Positions 24,195-31,230 of a stretch of 32,000 bases of DNA are shown here, piece after piece. Numbering within the stretch: position 1 is the stretch's first letter; each line of letters opens with the position of its first letter. The DNA comes from Nitrosococcus oceani ATCC 19707. Lineage in GTDB: Bacteria; Pseudomonadota; Gammaproteobacteria; Nitrosococcales; Nitrosococcaceae. Both the position numbers and the translations under genes were made by a program. The notes under the pieces are model-generated. The model made no database searches, had not been told where the DNA came from, and saw nothing but the letters and a program-made list of their open reading frames with translations. The stretch is from positions 8,421-40,420 of the forward strand of contig NC_007483.1 in the NCBI RefSeq assembly GCF_000012805.1. The letters are read 5' to 3'.

Positions 24195-25301
24195 TCACAA
24201 ATACCCCCTTAACACCTCCGGAATCACTTCTTCCTCTTTCTCCTCAGATATCCTTAACTCCACCGGAGGATCGCCCGGCCTGAGCCAAAACTGTACATAC
24301 ACCTCGCCTTGGATAGCGACCCTATTCAGATAAGGCCCCAGTTCCTGCCCTCGGGCATAGTGCAACCGCAACACCTTCCCATTGAAAGCCACCGGATGGT
24401 ACAAATCAATATCCGCCACCGGCGCCAGTCGGCTCCCCACCTGCATTTCCCCGGACAAATAATACGTGTGCCGCCGGTCCAAACGCTTCAAAAGCCAGCC
24501 CAAAGACCGGCCCTGCATCTCCACTTTATGGGACACCACCCGCAAGGGTTCCCCCGCTAGGAGCTTGGCCCGGGTGGGATAGAGATTGTGATGGAGCTGG
24601 GACTTGCCCACCGCTCTCGGTTGGCCCTGATGGAGCACAATCAATCCCTGCTGCCACACCCCGAGCACCGGGCACTGGCAGGTAATCTGTTCCAAGGTCA
24701 GATTATCAATGGCCTCCAGCTCCAGGGTAAACCAGTGGGTGCCCGCCTCCTTGATAAAAGCATCCCGGGCCAACTCGAAGTTGCCCAGCAAGTGCTGCAA
24801 CCCGGTGCGAAACCCCAGGCCGCTCACGGGATACAGCGCCAAACAAGCGGCCAGCAAGACGGTCATGAGCACCATCTCCGCCTTGCTGCCCACCGCCATC
24901 CGGTAATCTCGATTTCCCGGCATCACTACCCGCACCGGGGAAGGCCAGAGCAAATCAGCGCCCCGGAGGTTGAGCATATCGATCCACAGGTGGGACCAGT
25001 AACCGCCCAGGATGCACCCAAAATAGACCGGCTTGAGCCACAGGAGGGGAGAAATGAGCACCGCCAGGACCATCAGGGCAAGGAAGGAATGGGTGATCGT
25101 GCGGTGGCCAAAATGCTTCTCCAGCCGGGTGGAGAGCCAAAACAGTACCCGCCCCAGCTTGGAAGTGGGCAAATCCACATCCGGCAGGAGGGAAGCCCCC
25201 GCCGCCAAGGCCCAACCCAGGAGATCCGTGTCGTATTCAAACAGGGCCGCCCCGCCCAGGTAAAGGACGGAGGCAAAGGCGATATGGGTGCCGGCAATCA
25301 T
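24195..25301 (-). CDS. DUF457/YdjM-like membrane-bound metal-dependent hydrolase fused to a soluble C-terminal domain of about 190 aa
   Basis: 368 aa. MIAGTHIAFASVL..., LLPDVDLPTSKLGR and HFGHRTITHS are DUF457-like His/Asp motifs within multiple hydrophobic helices. The C-terminal half was not recognised. The start lies 3 nt after the MazF-like stop. Confidence 0.7.
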   Translation of the reverse strand: MIAGTHIAFASVLYLGGAALFEYDTDLLGWALAAGASLLPDVDLPTSKLGRVLFWLSTRLEKHFGHRTITHSFLALMVLAVLISPLLWLKPVYFGCILGGYWSHLWIDMLNLRGADLLWPSPVRVVMPGNRDYRMAVGSKAEMVLMTVLLAACLALYPVSGLGFRTGLQHLLGNFELARDAFIKEAGTHWFTLELEAIDNLTLEQITCQCPVLGVWQQGLIVLHQGQPRAVGKSQLHHNLYPTRAKLLAGEPLRVVSHKVEMQGRSLGWLLKRLDRRHTYYLSGEMQVGSRLAPVADIDLYHPVAFNGKVLRLHYARGQELGPYLNRVAIQGEVYVQFWLRPGDPPVELRISEEKEEEVIPEVLRGYL

Positions 25302-25304
25302 GCC

Positions 25305-25637
25305 CTAAAGGACCAACACCTGCCTCAGCCCTTCCGCCAGAGCGTCCAAGTCTTTTTTGGATAAACGGCCGGCTGCCTCTAGCAAGCGGGACTTATCCAC
25401 CGCACGGATCTGATCGCAGACCGCCACCACGGGCTGAGCAAGGCCCTGGATAGGCACGGTCAGGGGCGGCCTGGGCTTGGCGGAGGTGGACAAGGGCACG
25501 ACCACTACCGTGCGCCGGGCCTGATTGATGGGCGTGGCCCCCACCAAGACGCAGGGGCGGCGCTTGCGGATTTCCGACCCTTGGGTGGGATTAAGATTCA
25601 CCCAATACACCTCACCCCGAGTCATGGTTGAGGCCAT
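25305..25637 (-). CDS. PemK/MazF-family endoribonuclease toxin
   Basis: RGEVYWVNLNPTQGSEIRKRRPCVLV....N...RTVVVVPLSTS is the classic PemK/MazF N-terminal pattern. The alternative start ATG 25625 is equally possible. Confidence 0.85.
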   Translation of the reverse strand: MASTMTRGEVYWVNLNPTQGSEIRKRRPCVLVGATPINQARRTVVVVPLSTSAKPRPPLTVPIQGLAQPVVAVCDQIRAVDKSRLLEAAGRLSKKDLDALAEGLRQVLVL

Positions 25638-25845
25638 CGCCCACGGTGATGTCCCAGTCTTTCATTTCTTCCCCCAGGGCATCGTCTGCCTCCACTTCCA
25701 GGGCGCATTGATAAAGGGCCTGCTCCCGCTTCTCAAGCTCCTGCGCCAGGAGGCGGGCGATCACCTGGCTGCGTTGTTTCGGCGGGATGCTGGCCCGCAT
25801 GCGCGCCACCAAGTCAGGGGGCAAGGAAAAGAGCACTTTTTGCAT
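25612..25845 (-). CDS. Ribbon-helix-helix (CopG/MazE-like) antitoxin
   Basis: 77 aa. MQKVLFSLPPDLVARMRASIPPKQRSQVIARLLAQELEKRE fits RHH (beta strand plus two helices). It overlaps the toxin start. Confidence 0.7.
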   Translation of the reverse strand: MQKVLFSLPPDLVARMRASIPPKQRSQVIARLLAQELEKREQALYQCALEVEADDALGEEMKDWDITVGDGLNHDSG

Positions 25846-25860
25846 TGAAATTTCTCCTTT

Positions 25861-25894
25861 TGGATATCCTATATACTATATCCATAATAGGATA
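25861..25894. promoter_or_regulatory. Overlapping short inverted repeats upstream of the RHH antitoxin gene (candidate operator)
   Basis: TGGATAT-N10-ATATCCA (25861-25884) and TATCCTAT-N14-ATAGGATA (25865-25894) start 16 bp upstream of the start codon. Confidence 0.35.
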
Positions 25895-25908
25895 ACGCAA
25901 GCGCTTCC

Positions 25909-26883
25909 TTAGTTCGTCTTCCCGGCCCCCTTGAACAAGAAAAACCGCAGGCTCAAAAACAGGGCGGCAGCCATGCCCGCCAGGATATACAGCTCCGTAT
26001 CCCCCAGGCCAATGGCCAAATAGCGGGAGCCGATAATCAAAGCGCTGGCCACCATCATCACTGGGGTAAAATCCAGATAACGTATCCCCGCCTGATGGCG
26101 CATCTCCCGGATTTTGCGCTTGTCCACTACCCGCTCCTTGGCGCTGTCGTTGACCATGTCGTAAATCGCCTGGGGGTTACCGCCGCCTTGTTTCACCACA
26201 TGGGAGACGTACAGTTCCGGGGACTCAATCAGTACCCCTTGCTGGGTGATATACGTTTGTACGATTTCCGCCGAGGCTTCCGGGGTCAGGGGCGAGACTT
26301 CCATTTCCTTCATCTTCCACCACAATTTTCGCAGGCCCTGCTTTTTCTCGCTGGCGCAGGTGATGACTTGGGCCTGGTCAAAGAGCGCCAACCAAAATGC
26401 CTGCTGGGTCGGGGTGAGCCGGGTCATATCATCCACCGCTATGAGGACCCGGCCCCCATGAGCGGAGAGGGCCGGGATGATGGCGCCGGTCAAGTCCCGG
26501 ATGCTAAGCCGGTTCACCGTGCGCTTGACCTTTGCCCATTCGATTTCCGCAGGCGGCAGTTCATCGTAGCGCCTAGCCAATTCCAAAGCGCTGGGTTTGA
26601 TGATCCCCGCGGCCAAGAGTTGGCGGGCCATCTCTACGAACTGCCCCTTGGCCTGGTGGTCATGCAGATGGACGACGGTCAGGGCACGGCAAGGGCGGGA
26701 GGATTGCCTCTCAGGGGAAGGCGTTGCCTCCCGCCCCTGAAGCTTCCCCAGTGCGGCCTCCAGCACCGCCGACTTGCCAACCCCCACCGGTCCGCTCAGG
26801 AGCACGTGCTTGCCCTTGCGCAGTTCCTTGACGATGGAACTGACTAACGCCTCTCGGCCCATCAGTCCGGTGATGTGCTTCAT
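25909..26883 (-). CDS. P-loop (AAA/ORC-like) ATPase with C-terminal transmembrane anchor
   Basis: 324 aa. Walker A is LLSGPVGVGKSAV and Walker B is VLIAVDDMTRL. The C-terminal FTPVMMVASALIIGSRYLAIGLG...LYILAGMAAALFLSLRFFLF gives two hydrophobic helices. RBS GAAGGAGGA lies upstream. Confidence 0.75.
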   Translation of the reverse strand: MKHITGLMGREALVSSIVKELRKGKHVLLSGPVGVGKSAVLEAALGKLQGREATPSPERQSSRPCRALTVVHLHDHQAKGQFVEMARQLLAAGIIKPSALELARRYDELPPAEIEWAKVKRTVNRLSIRDLTGAIIPALSAHGGRVLIAVDDMTRLTPTQQAFWLALFDQAQVITCASEKKQGLRKLWWKMKEMEVSPLTPEASAEIVQTYITQQGVLIESPELYVSHVVKQGGGNPQAIYDMVNDSAKERVVDKRKIREMRHQAGIRYLDFTPVMMVASALIIGSRYLAIGLGDTELYILAGMAAALFLSLRFFLFKGAGKTN

Positions 26884-27556
26884 CTCCCGGCAGTCCTCCT
26901 TCTCCTTTCAAATAGGCCAACAGCGACGGCCACTGAGGACCGGCGTAAGCGGCTATGTTTTGGCGTTGGGAAGCGATGAGCAAAGCCAGTTTCTCCACGC
27001 TCGCCTGGGCTTCGTTGAGTTTTTGGGCCAGGGTCCATAAATTTTCCACCTCCTCGTAGCCGCTCTCCACCCGCTGCTGCGCCCACCCTGACTTATCCCG
27101 ATAGAACTGAAGCTGGGTCTTAGCCGCGGCCAAATCCGCTTCATAAACCCTGAGCTGGGCCATGCCTTGCAAAGCTTGGTTGCGGGTCTGCTCCAGGGCG
27201 CGGGTCTCCTCCAGCGTTCTGAGCGCATGCTCCCGGTTCTCTTGGCGGGAAATCAAGGGAATATAAATCTGCACGCCCGCCGTAGTACCGGTGGTAAAAA
27301 AACTATCGGTCGCTTGAAGGCTACCGCCATCAGTGGAAGCACGGGCGAAAAGAGAAGTCCGCTCCAGCAGCCGCTCGGCCAGGGTGGGCGGGGCGTATTC
27401 CCGCGTAACCCCTTGATAGGCTCGCAGGAGGGGATTGGAAGCGAGGATAAATTCCAACACGGCCTGCTCCTGCCAGGCCCCGGCCCAGGCCGGGAGTAAA
27501 AGCAGTCCGCACCACCACGCTCGCTTAGATTTTTTCCAGCAAACCCTCATATTCAT
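26711..27556 (-). CDS. Secreted OEP/TolC-like half-size coiled-coil protein; the 3' end overlaps the ATPase gene by 173 nt, so the C-terminal boundary is doubtful
   Basis: It has a signal-peptide-like N-terminus (WWCGLLLLPAWAGAW). LEFILASNPLLRAYQGV and later VESGYEEVENLWTLAQKLNEAQASVEKLALLIASQRQNIAAYAG resemble one outer-membrane-efflux-protein repeat. The last 57 or so codons are a Gly/Arg-rich out-of-frame reading of the ATPase gene. Confidence 0.5.
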   Translation of the reverse strand: MNMRVCWKKSKRAWWCGLLLLPAWAGAWQEQAVLEFILASNPLLRAYQGVTREYAPPTLAERLLERTSLFARASTDGGSLQATDSFFTTGTTAGVQIYIPLISRQENREHALRTLEETRALEQTRNQALQGMAQLRVYEADLAAAKTQLQFYRDKSGWAQQRVESGYEEVENLWTLAQKLNEAQASVEKLALLIASQRQNIAAYAGPQWPSLLAYLKGEGGLPGDEAHHRTDGPRGVSQFHRQGTAQGQARAPERTGGGWQVGGAGGRTGEASGAGGNAFP

Positions 27557-27761
27557 CCTTGGTGAACCAATCCATCATGGGTTTTATCTCCAGCACGTCC
27601 CATTCAATGGCCACGGTGCAGCCTCCGGGAACGACCCCTGCATCCACCCGCGTTACGGTCCCGGTGGTGCCCCTTGGCGCCCAGGGGAATTTAACCTTAG
27701 CGCGCCGGCGTTGGCCAAGCAGCTTTAGCGCATCTTCCACCGTGAAATAATCATGTTTCAT
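27525..27761 (-). CDS. Small hypothetical protein (78 aa), first gene of the minus-strand cluster
   Basis: The ORF has a plausible globular composition (GTTGTVTRVDAGVVPGGCTVAIEWDVLEIKPMMDWFTKDEYEGL). It overlaps the next gene's start. There is no clear RBS. Confidence 0.45.
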   Translation of the reverse strand: MKHDYFTVEDALKLLGQRRRAKVKFPWAPRGTTGTVTRVDAGVVPGGCTVAIEWDVLEIKPMMDWFTKDEYEGLLEKI

Positions 27762-27841
27762 AAGTTGATTATTTTCTGTTACCTGATCCGCAGATCAGCT
27801 TATTAATTAATTTTAATAGAAAACAAATATTTGTCTATGAT

Positions 27842-28177
27842 TTATCTTCTTTTTCCATGTTTTTTTGCATTTCGAAGCGCTTTCATGCCTTTGCTTACCT
27901 CCAATTCGGTGAGCGACAGGCGGCAAATATCTTCTGGCAACCGTCCTACTAGGTAATAGAGATAATCCGTATCGAGCTTTAAGGCTTTTGCAAATTGGCG
28001 CAGGAGGTGATCGGAAGAAGGCATACGTCGGTCGTATTCGATATCGTGGAGATATTGGGGAGAAATAGGGTGGCCATTTTCATGGTGAATCCTGGCGGCA
28101 AGCGCCCGCTGGGTTAAGCCTTGTTGAGCGCGCATGGTGGCAATGTAGTGGCCAAAGGTCGTGCTTGTCTTCGTCAT
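27842..28177 (-). CDS. XRE-family helix-turn-helix transcriptional regulator
   Basis: From ATG 28177: MTKTSTTFGHYIATMRAQQGLTQRALAARI.......SPQYLHDIEYDRR.PS is a Cro/C1-type HTH. Confidence 0.75.
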   Translation of the reverse strand: MTKTSTTFGHYIATMRAQQGLTQRALAARIHHENGHPISPQYLHDIEYDRRMPSSDHLLRQFAKALKLDTDYLYYLVGRLPEDICRLSLTELEVSKGMKALRNAKKHGKRR

Positions 28178-28337
28178 TCCGCTGATTTGCGTATTTTTAT
28201 TTATGTCTAAAAAAATAACTTTGCGGGGTGCATTCAAATGTAGCCTTAATCGATTACCCCGCAATTGGCTAAGCTGAGGTGTTTTTGACTAATTACCTTT
28301 TATTTTTTGGTACTGATAAAAGGTTGTGATTAAGCTC

Positions 28338-28441
28338 CGCCACTTAAAGAAACCTAATGACGACACTTAAGTTTAAGTACTTTTTTATAATTTCTCCTTA
28401 GCCGACAGCTAATTAGAAGTATACCGACACTTAATATTAAG
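28338..28441. repeat. Four iteron-like repeats (consensus CCGMCASYTAA) with 22-23 or 42 bp spacing plus an AT-rich tract; candidate origin or operator region
   Basis: The copies are CCGCCACTTAAAG (28338), GACGACACTTAAGTTTAAGT (28359), GCCGACAGCTAATTAG (28401) and ACCGACACTTAATATTAAG (28422). Two copies extend to small palindromes (ACTTAA-GT-TTAAGT; CTTAATATTAAG). The region lies 190-290 bp downstream of repA. Confidence 0.4.
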
Positions 28442-28630
28442 CTTTACACAAGCAAATGAGGCTCCATCGAGAGAATCACCCTGCGAGAGATAAAATTCGC
28501 TCCGTTGATATTAAATAAGGCGGGGTTCAGAGAGAAAATAATTTGAAAGGATTGCAAGCAGGCAAATCCAACCCTTCCTTAACGCTGTAAGGGAGCCATA
28601 ATGGACGGCCAGGAAGGAAAAAAGGAGAAA

Positions 28631-29398
28631 TTAAGGGGGTCGTCTTTTACCGATGACAATTTTCTTGAGATGGGCGATAGCGGAACGCGGGTCTTGCGAG
28701 GGCGGTGATTTTTGCGGCGTGGTTTCCTCTGGCGTTCGGGTTTGATTATGCTGCGTTTTTTTTGCCTCTGCCGCTTTGATGATTAATTCCAGCCGACCTA
28801 TGGGCTCCTCTCTTCTTTTTTGCTTGTGGTGGCGTCTGGAAGCTTTATCGCGTTCATGGCGCAGCCACTTACTTAAGCCAAAGGCTTTAAATAAAGAGGT
28901 CGAAATAGTGCGGATTGCGGGGTAACCCGTGTACGTGGCAAGGCCAGACTGCTTGGCAATGGGGTGAACGGTAATGATGCCGGCCGCAACTAGGTCGCGA
29001 ATGGCGCGCTCGGCACGCCTTAGACCAATACCACATAGGGTTGCAATGCGTTCCATGCTGATTCCACCAAAGGAGCCATCCTTCCAAGGGATGCCAACCC
29101 GGAGAGTCACCAGGTCAAGATAATGGGTCAGACAGCTTAAAATCTGGAGGCAAGCCTCCCGCCGCTCGCTACGCTGCTTCCGCTCACTTCCGTTAGCAAG
29201 GTTAAGAGAGGGCAAAATGGCCTCTGGATCATGGTAATAAGCGCGGATTTTCTCGCTGAGCTTGCCTAGAATGCGCGGGCGCTCTTTATGATTTTCTGGG
29301 GGTAAAAACCACCGTGGATTAGCGGGATTATGACCGCAACCATTACCACCTGAAACAAAGATATCGAAATTATTGTTATTTTCCGTTATTCTATTCAT
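28631..29398 (-). CDS. repA: Plasmid replication initiator, IncFII RepA-like family
   Basis: 255 aa. The segment ERREACLQILSCLTHYLDLVTLRVG...ISMERIATLCGIGLRRAERAIRDLVAAGIITV....G.Y.GYPAIRTISTSLFKAFGLS is collinear with my recollection of R1 RepA (RRRAIDALLQGLCFHYDP...ITTLAIECGL...TRATRALTFLSELGLIT...ITFTSALFAALDVS). The C-terminal tail is basic. Confidence 0.7.
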   Translation of the reverse strand: MNRITENNNNFDIFVSGGNGCGHNPANPRWFLPPENHKERPRILGKLSEKIRAYYHDPEAILPSLNLANGSERKQRSERREACLQILSCLTHYLDLVTLRVGIPWKDGSFGGISMERIATLCGIGLRRAERAIRDLVAAGIITVHPIAKQSGLATYTGYPAIRTISTSLFKAFGLSKWLRHERDKASRRHHKQKRREEPIGRLELIIKAAEAKKTQHNQTRTPEETTPQKSPPSQDPRSAIAHLKKIVIGKRRPP

Positions 29399-29469
29399 CT
29401 AAAACGTTTCGAGAGGCTTCGTTGTTATTTTCCGTTATTCTATTCATCTAAAACGTTTTGAGAGGCTTC
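29373..29469. repeat. Tandem duplication (2 x 48 bp, period 49) covering the repA start codon and first 8 codons
   Basis: 29373-29420 and 29422-29469 are identical except for one C/T difference (29410 versus 29459). Each copy carries ATGAATAGAATAACGGAAAATAACAA on the minus strand. Confidence 0.85.
29391..29447 (-). CDS. Possible 18-aa leader peptide whose stop overlaps the repA start codon
   Basis: The minus strand from ATG 29447 reads MNRITENNNEASRNVLDE-TAG. The last codons GAT GAA TAG embed the repA ATG (29398-29396), an arrangement that permits translational coupling. Confidence 0.3.
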   Translation of the reverse strand: MNRITENNNEASRNVLDE

Positions 29470-29490
29470 ATTTGAACGTTTGATATGTCT

Positions 29491-29524
29491 AGGCCAGGTG
29501 TGCCAGCACCTGGCCTTTTTATTT
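29491..29524 (+). terminator. Rho-independent terminator on the plus strand, antisense to the repA leader
   Basis: AGGCCAGGTG-TGCCAG-CACCTGGCCT is a 10-bp perfect GC-rich stem with a 6-nt loop, followed by TTTTATTT. On the minus strand no U-tract follows, so the signal is strand-specific. Confidence 0.6.
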
Positions 29525-29773
29525 GTTTAGTGCTATCCCGGGCCAGGTGTGTGCCAGCACAACTAACCCTAAAATTTACAATAAAGTTACTTTTAAATAC
29601 TTCTTAAGAATCTCAATTTGTGGAAGCCTTCAAACTTTTACTCTGGTTTCCCCTAATCAATACTGGATCTCACCCTATATCTCCCCATTGATCGCGGCTG
29701 ACTTAAGCAGAGGTTAATGGGTTTTTCCTCTGAGAACCCTCCATTCCGCTCATGTAAGCTAGGGCATTCTTCA

Positions 29774-30052
29774 TTACCGCATTTCGTTAAATTTATTTTT
29801 AGGTTCGCTTTTGGGCCAGTCCGATAAATCGAGGACACACTGCGAAAAGCCAAGCCCTCTTGCAAACCTCGCTGCGGCATCGAGCGATTTAAAAACTCGG
29901 GTAGGTCCCCGCTGGACCCGCAGAACCTTTTCGGACATGCCATAACACACCACCATGGCGTAGCCACCCGGTACACCTGCAATCCGAACTTTTTCCACTG
30001 CGCCTACCTTAGCAAGGACGCGCAGTGAGGGTGTATCAATTGATTCAGCCAT
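29774..30052 (-). CDS. Small hypothetical protein upstream of and co-oriented with the repA leader (positionally CopB-like)
   Basis: The 92-aa ORF (MAESIDTPSLRVLAKVGAVEKVRIAGVPGGYAMVV...RVFKSLDAAARFARGLGF) has a more protein-like composition than the overlapping 29653-29982 ORF. A perfect palindrome lies upstream. Confidence 0.5.
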   Translation of the reverse strand: MAESIDTPSLRVLAKVGAVEKVRIAGVPGGYAMVVCYGMSEKVLRVQRGPTRVFKSLDAAARFARGLGFSQCVLDLSDWPKSEPKNKFNEMR

Positions 30053-30097
30053 GCCTATTTAAAACATAGAAAAAAACATATTGCAATATCAAAAATA

Positions 30098-30119
30098 GAA
30101 ATTTGAATATTCAAATTTC
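30098..30119. promoter_or_regulatory. 22-bp perfect palindrome GAAATTTGAATATTCAAATTTC in an AT-rich promoter region
   Basis: Read directly. It lies 46 bp upstream of the 92-aa ORF start, between that ORF and the upstream XRE gene. Confidence 0.5.
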
Positions 30120-30193
30120 AGAAATTGATTTTATACAACGTGATATTATCTTCTTTATCAGAAGGCTAGTATGGATAAAAGCATGTATAAGTA

Positions 30194-30424
30194 TTAAGTG
30201 AGTTCCCTTATCTTCTTGCCCGTATCTTCATTTTCCAGAAGCGCCGCAACGCTACAATCTAGCGCCTTGGCAATTTTTCTAAGCGTAGGTAACGTGACGC
30301 TCTCATTTTCTTCACGCTCAATTTTACTCAAGCCGCTTTGATCTATACGAGCTTCTTTGGCTAACTGGGTTTGAGTCAGCCCAGCGGCTATACGTAATCC
30401 CTTGATATTCTTACCTACGCCCAT
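30194..30424 (-). CDS. XRE-family HTH transcriptional regulator (76 aa)
   Basis: NIKGLRIAAGLTQTQLAKEARIDQSGLSKIEREENESVTLPTLRKIAKALDCSVAALL is a canonical Cro/C1 HTH. Confidence 0.8.
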   Translation of the reverse strand: MGVGKNIKGLRIAAGLTQTQLAKEARIDQSGLSKIEREENESVTLPTLRKIAKALDCSVAALLENEDTGKKIRELT

Positions 30425-30671
30425 GATCCTACCCCATAGAATGGATGCGTTTTACTTTAATCTAAGGAGTAAGGATTATATTCCTAGCGATAGATGAAAT
30501 AAAGGACGGTAAATCGTTGTATATTCTATAGGGGAAAGTATTTCAGCCATTGCGCTGCTCATAGACCTACGTCACGACCTCAGCACCTACTTCTAGGACC
30601 TTCTAGGCTAAAAGAGGGTATGTTCGGGATACGTGTAGAAGATTAGCCTTCCCATCTCTGCTGTCTACCAC

Positions 30672-31172
30672 TTACGTAATCACTAGCCGCTTACTTTGCT
30701 CCAGGTGGGCGCCAGGCACATACTCCCCATCTTTCAAGGTCTCACCAAGCGAGGATTTTAAAAGCACGGTCTCAGTTCGGATTTCCTTGTACCTTGCAGG
30801 AACTTGCTCTTCATTATCGATCACTACCTTGGGCGGGCTTGCTTGGAGTCTCAGCGATAACTCGGGACTCTTAATCCTAGTTATGCCCGTGCGTTCCATG
30901 TGAGTTTCGAGATATCCTCTTAGTCTCTTGACATGCCGCATCATGGACCGCTCTCGTTGTTCCATCGCCTTACGGGCTTCCTTAATAGCAGAAGCTTCTG
31001 CCTCTAGGCTGCGTATATAAGCAGCCACATGACGAGCTTTTACCTCGAACGCGCCTTGCAAACCTTCCAGAGTGTCGGTGATCACTTCCGCGGGCAAATC
31101 ATCTATCTCGGCTAGCCCTTCTAGAACCTCCAGATAGTCATCGGCGATCGCATATAATCTCAACGTACTCAT
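30672..31172 (-). CDS. Siphovirus Gp157-family protein
   Basis: 166 aa. Family-like features are MSTLRLYAIADDYLEVLEGL...D....I.DTLEGLQGAFEVKA..VA.YI..LEAEA.AIK.E...M..R, the coiled-coil N-terminal half, and a C-terminal ...SPPKVVI.NE..VP..Y. Confidence 0.7.
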   Translation of the reverse strand: MSTLRLYAIADDYLEVLEGLAEIDDLPAEVITDTLEGLQGAFEVKARHVAAYIRSLEAEASAIKEARKAMEQRERSMMRHVKRLRGYLETHMERTGITRIKSPELSLRLQASPPKVVIDNEEQVPARYKEIRTETVLLKSSLGETLKDGEYVPGAHLEQSKRLVIT

Positions 31173-31230
31173 TGTGAATTTTCCCCTAAGAGCGGGCGAG
31201 CCCGGTTATCCCGGGCTCGCCATTTGCCCT

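Noticed and set aside
23771-24198. 129-aa plus-strand and 73-aa minus-strand ORFs in the Abi_2/DUF457 spacer
   Set aside because: They have non-protein-like composition and no RBS. The region is better explained as a decayed gene remnant plus non-coding DNA.
24588-25364. 258-aa plus-strand ORF, and the 250-aa ORF at 26095-26847
   Set aside because: They lie antisense to motif-bearing minus-strand genes (DUF457 hydrolase, P-loop ATPase) in GC-rich DNA. Their Pro/Gly/Arg/Gln-rich translations are typical of shadow frames.
27791-27806. Short hairpin CTGATC-CGCA-GATCAG between the XRE gene and the 78-aa ORF
   Set aside because: It has only a 6-bp stem and no U-tract on the transcribed minus strand, so it is not supportable as a terminator.
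29653-29982. 109-aa minus-strand ORF overlapping the 92-aa ORF
   Set aside because: It is an alternative frame with Cys/Trp/Arg-rich composition. The 29774-30052 frame looks more protein-like and has a promoter-proximal palindrome.
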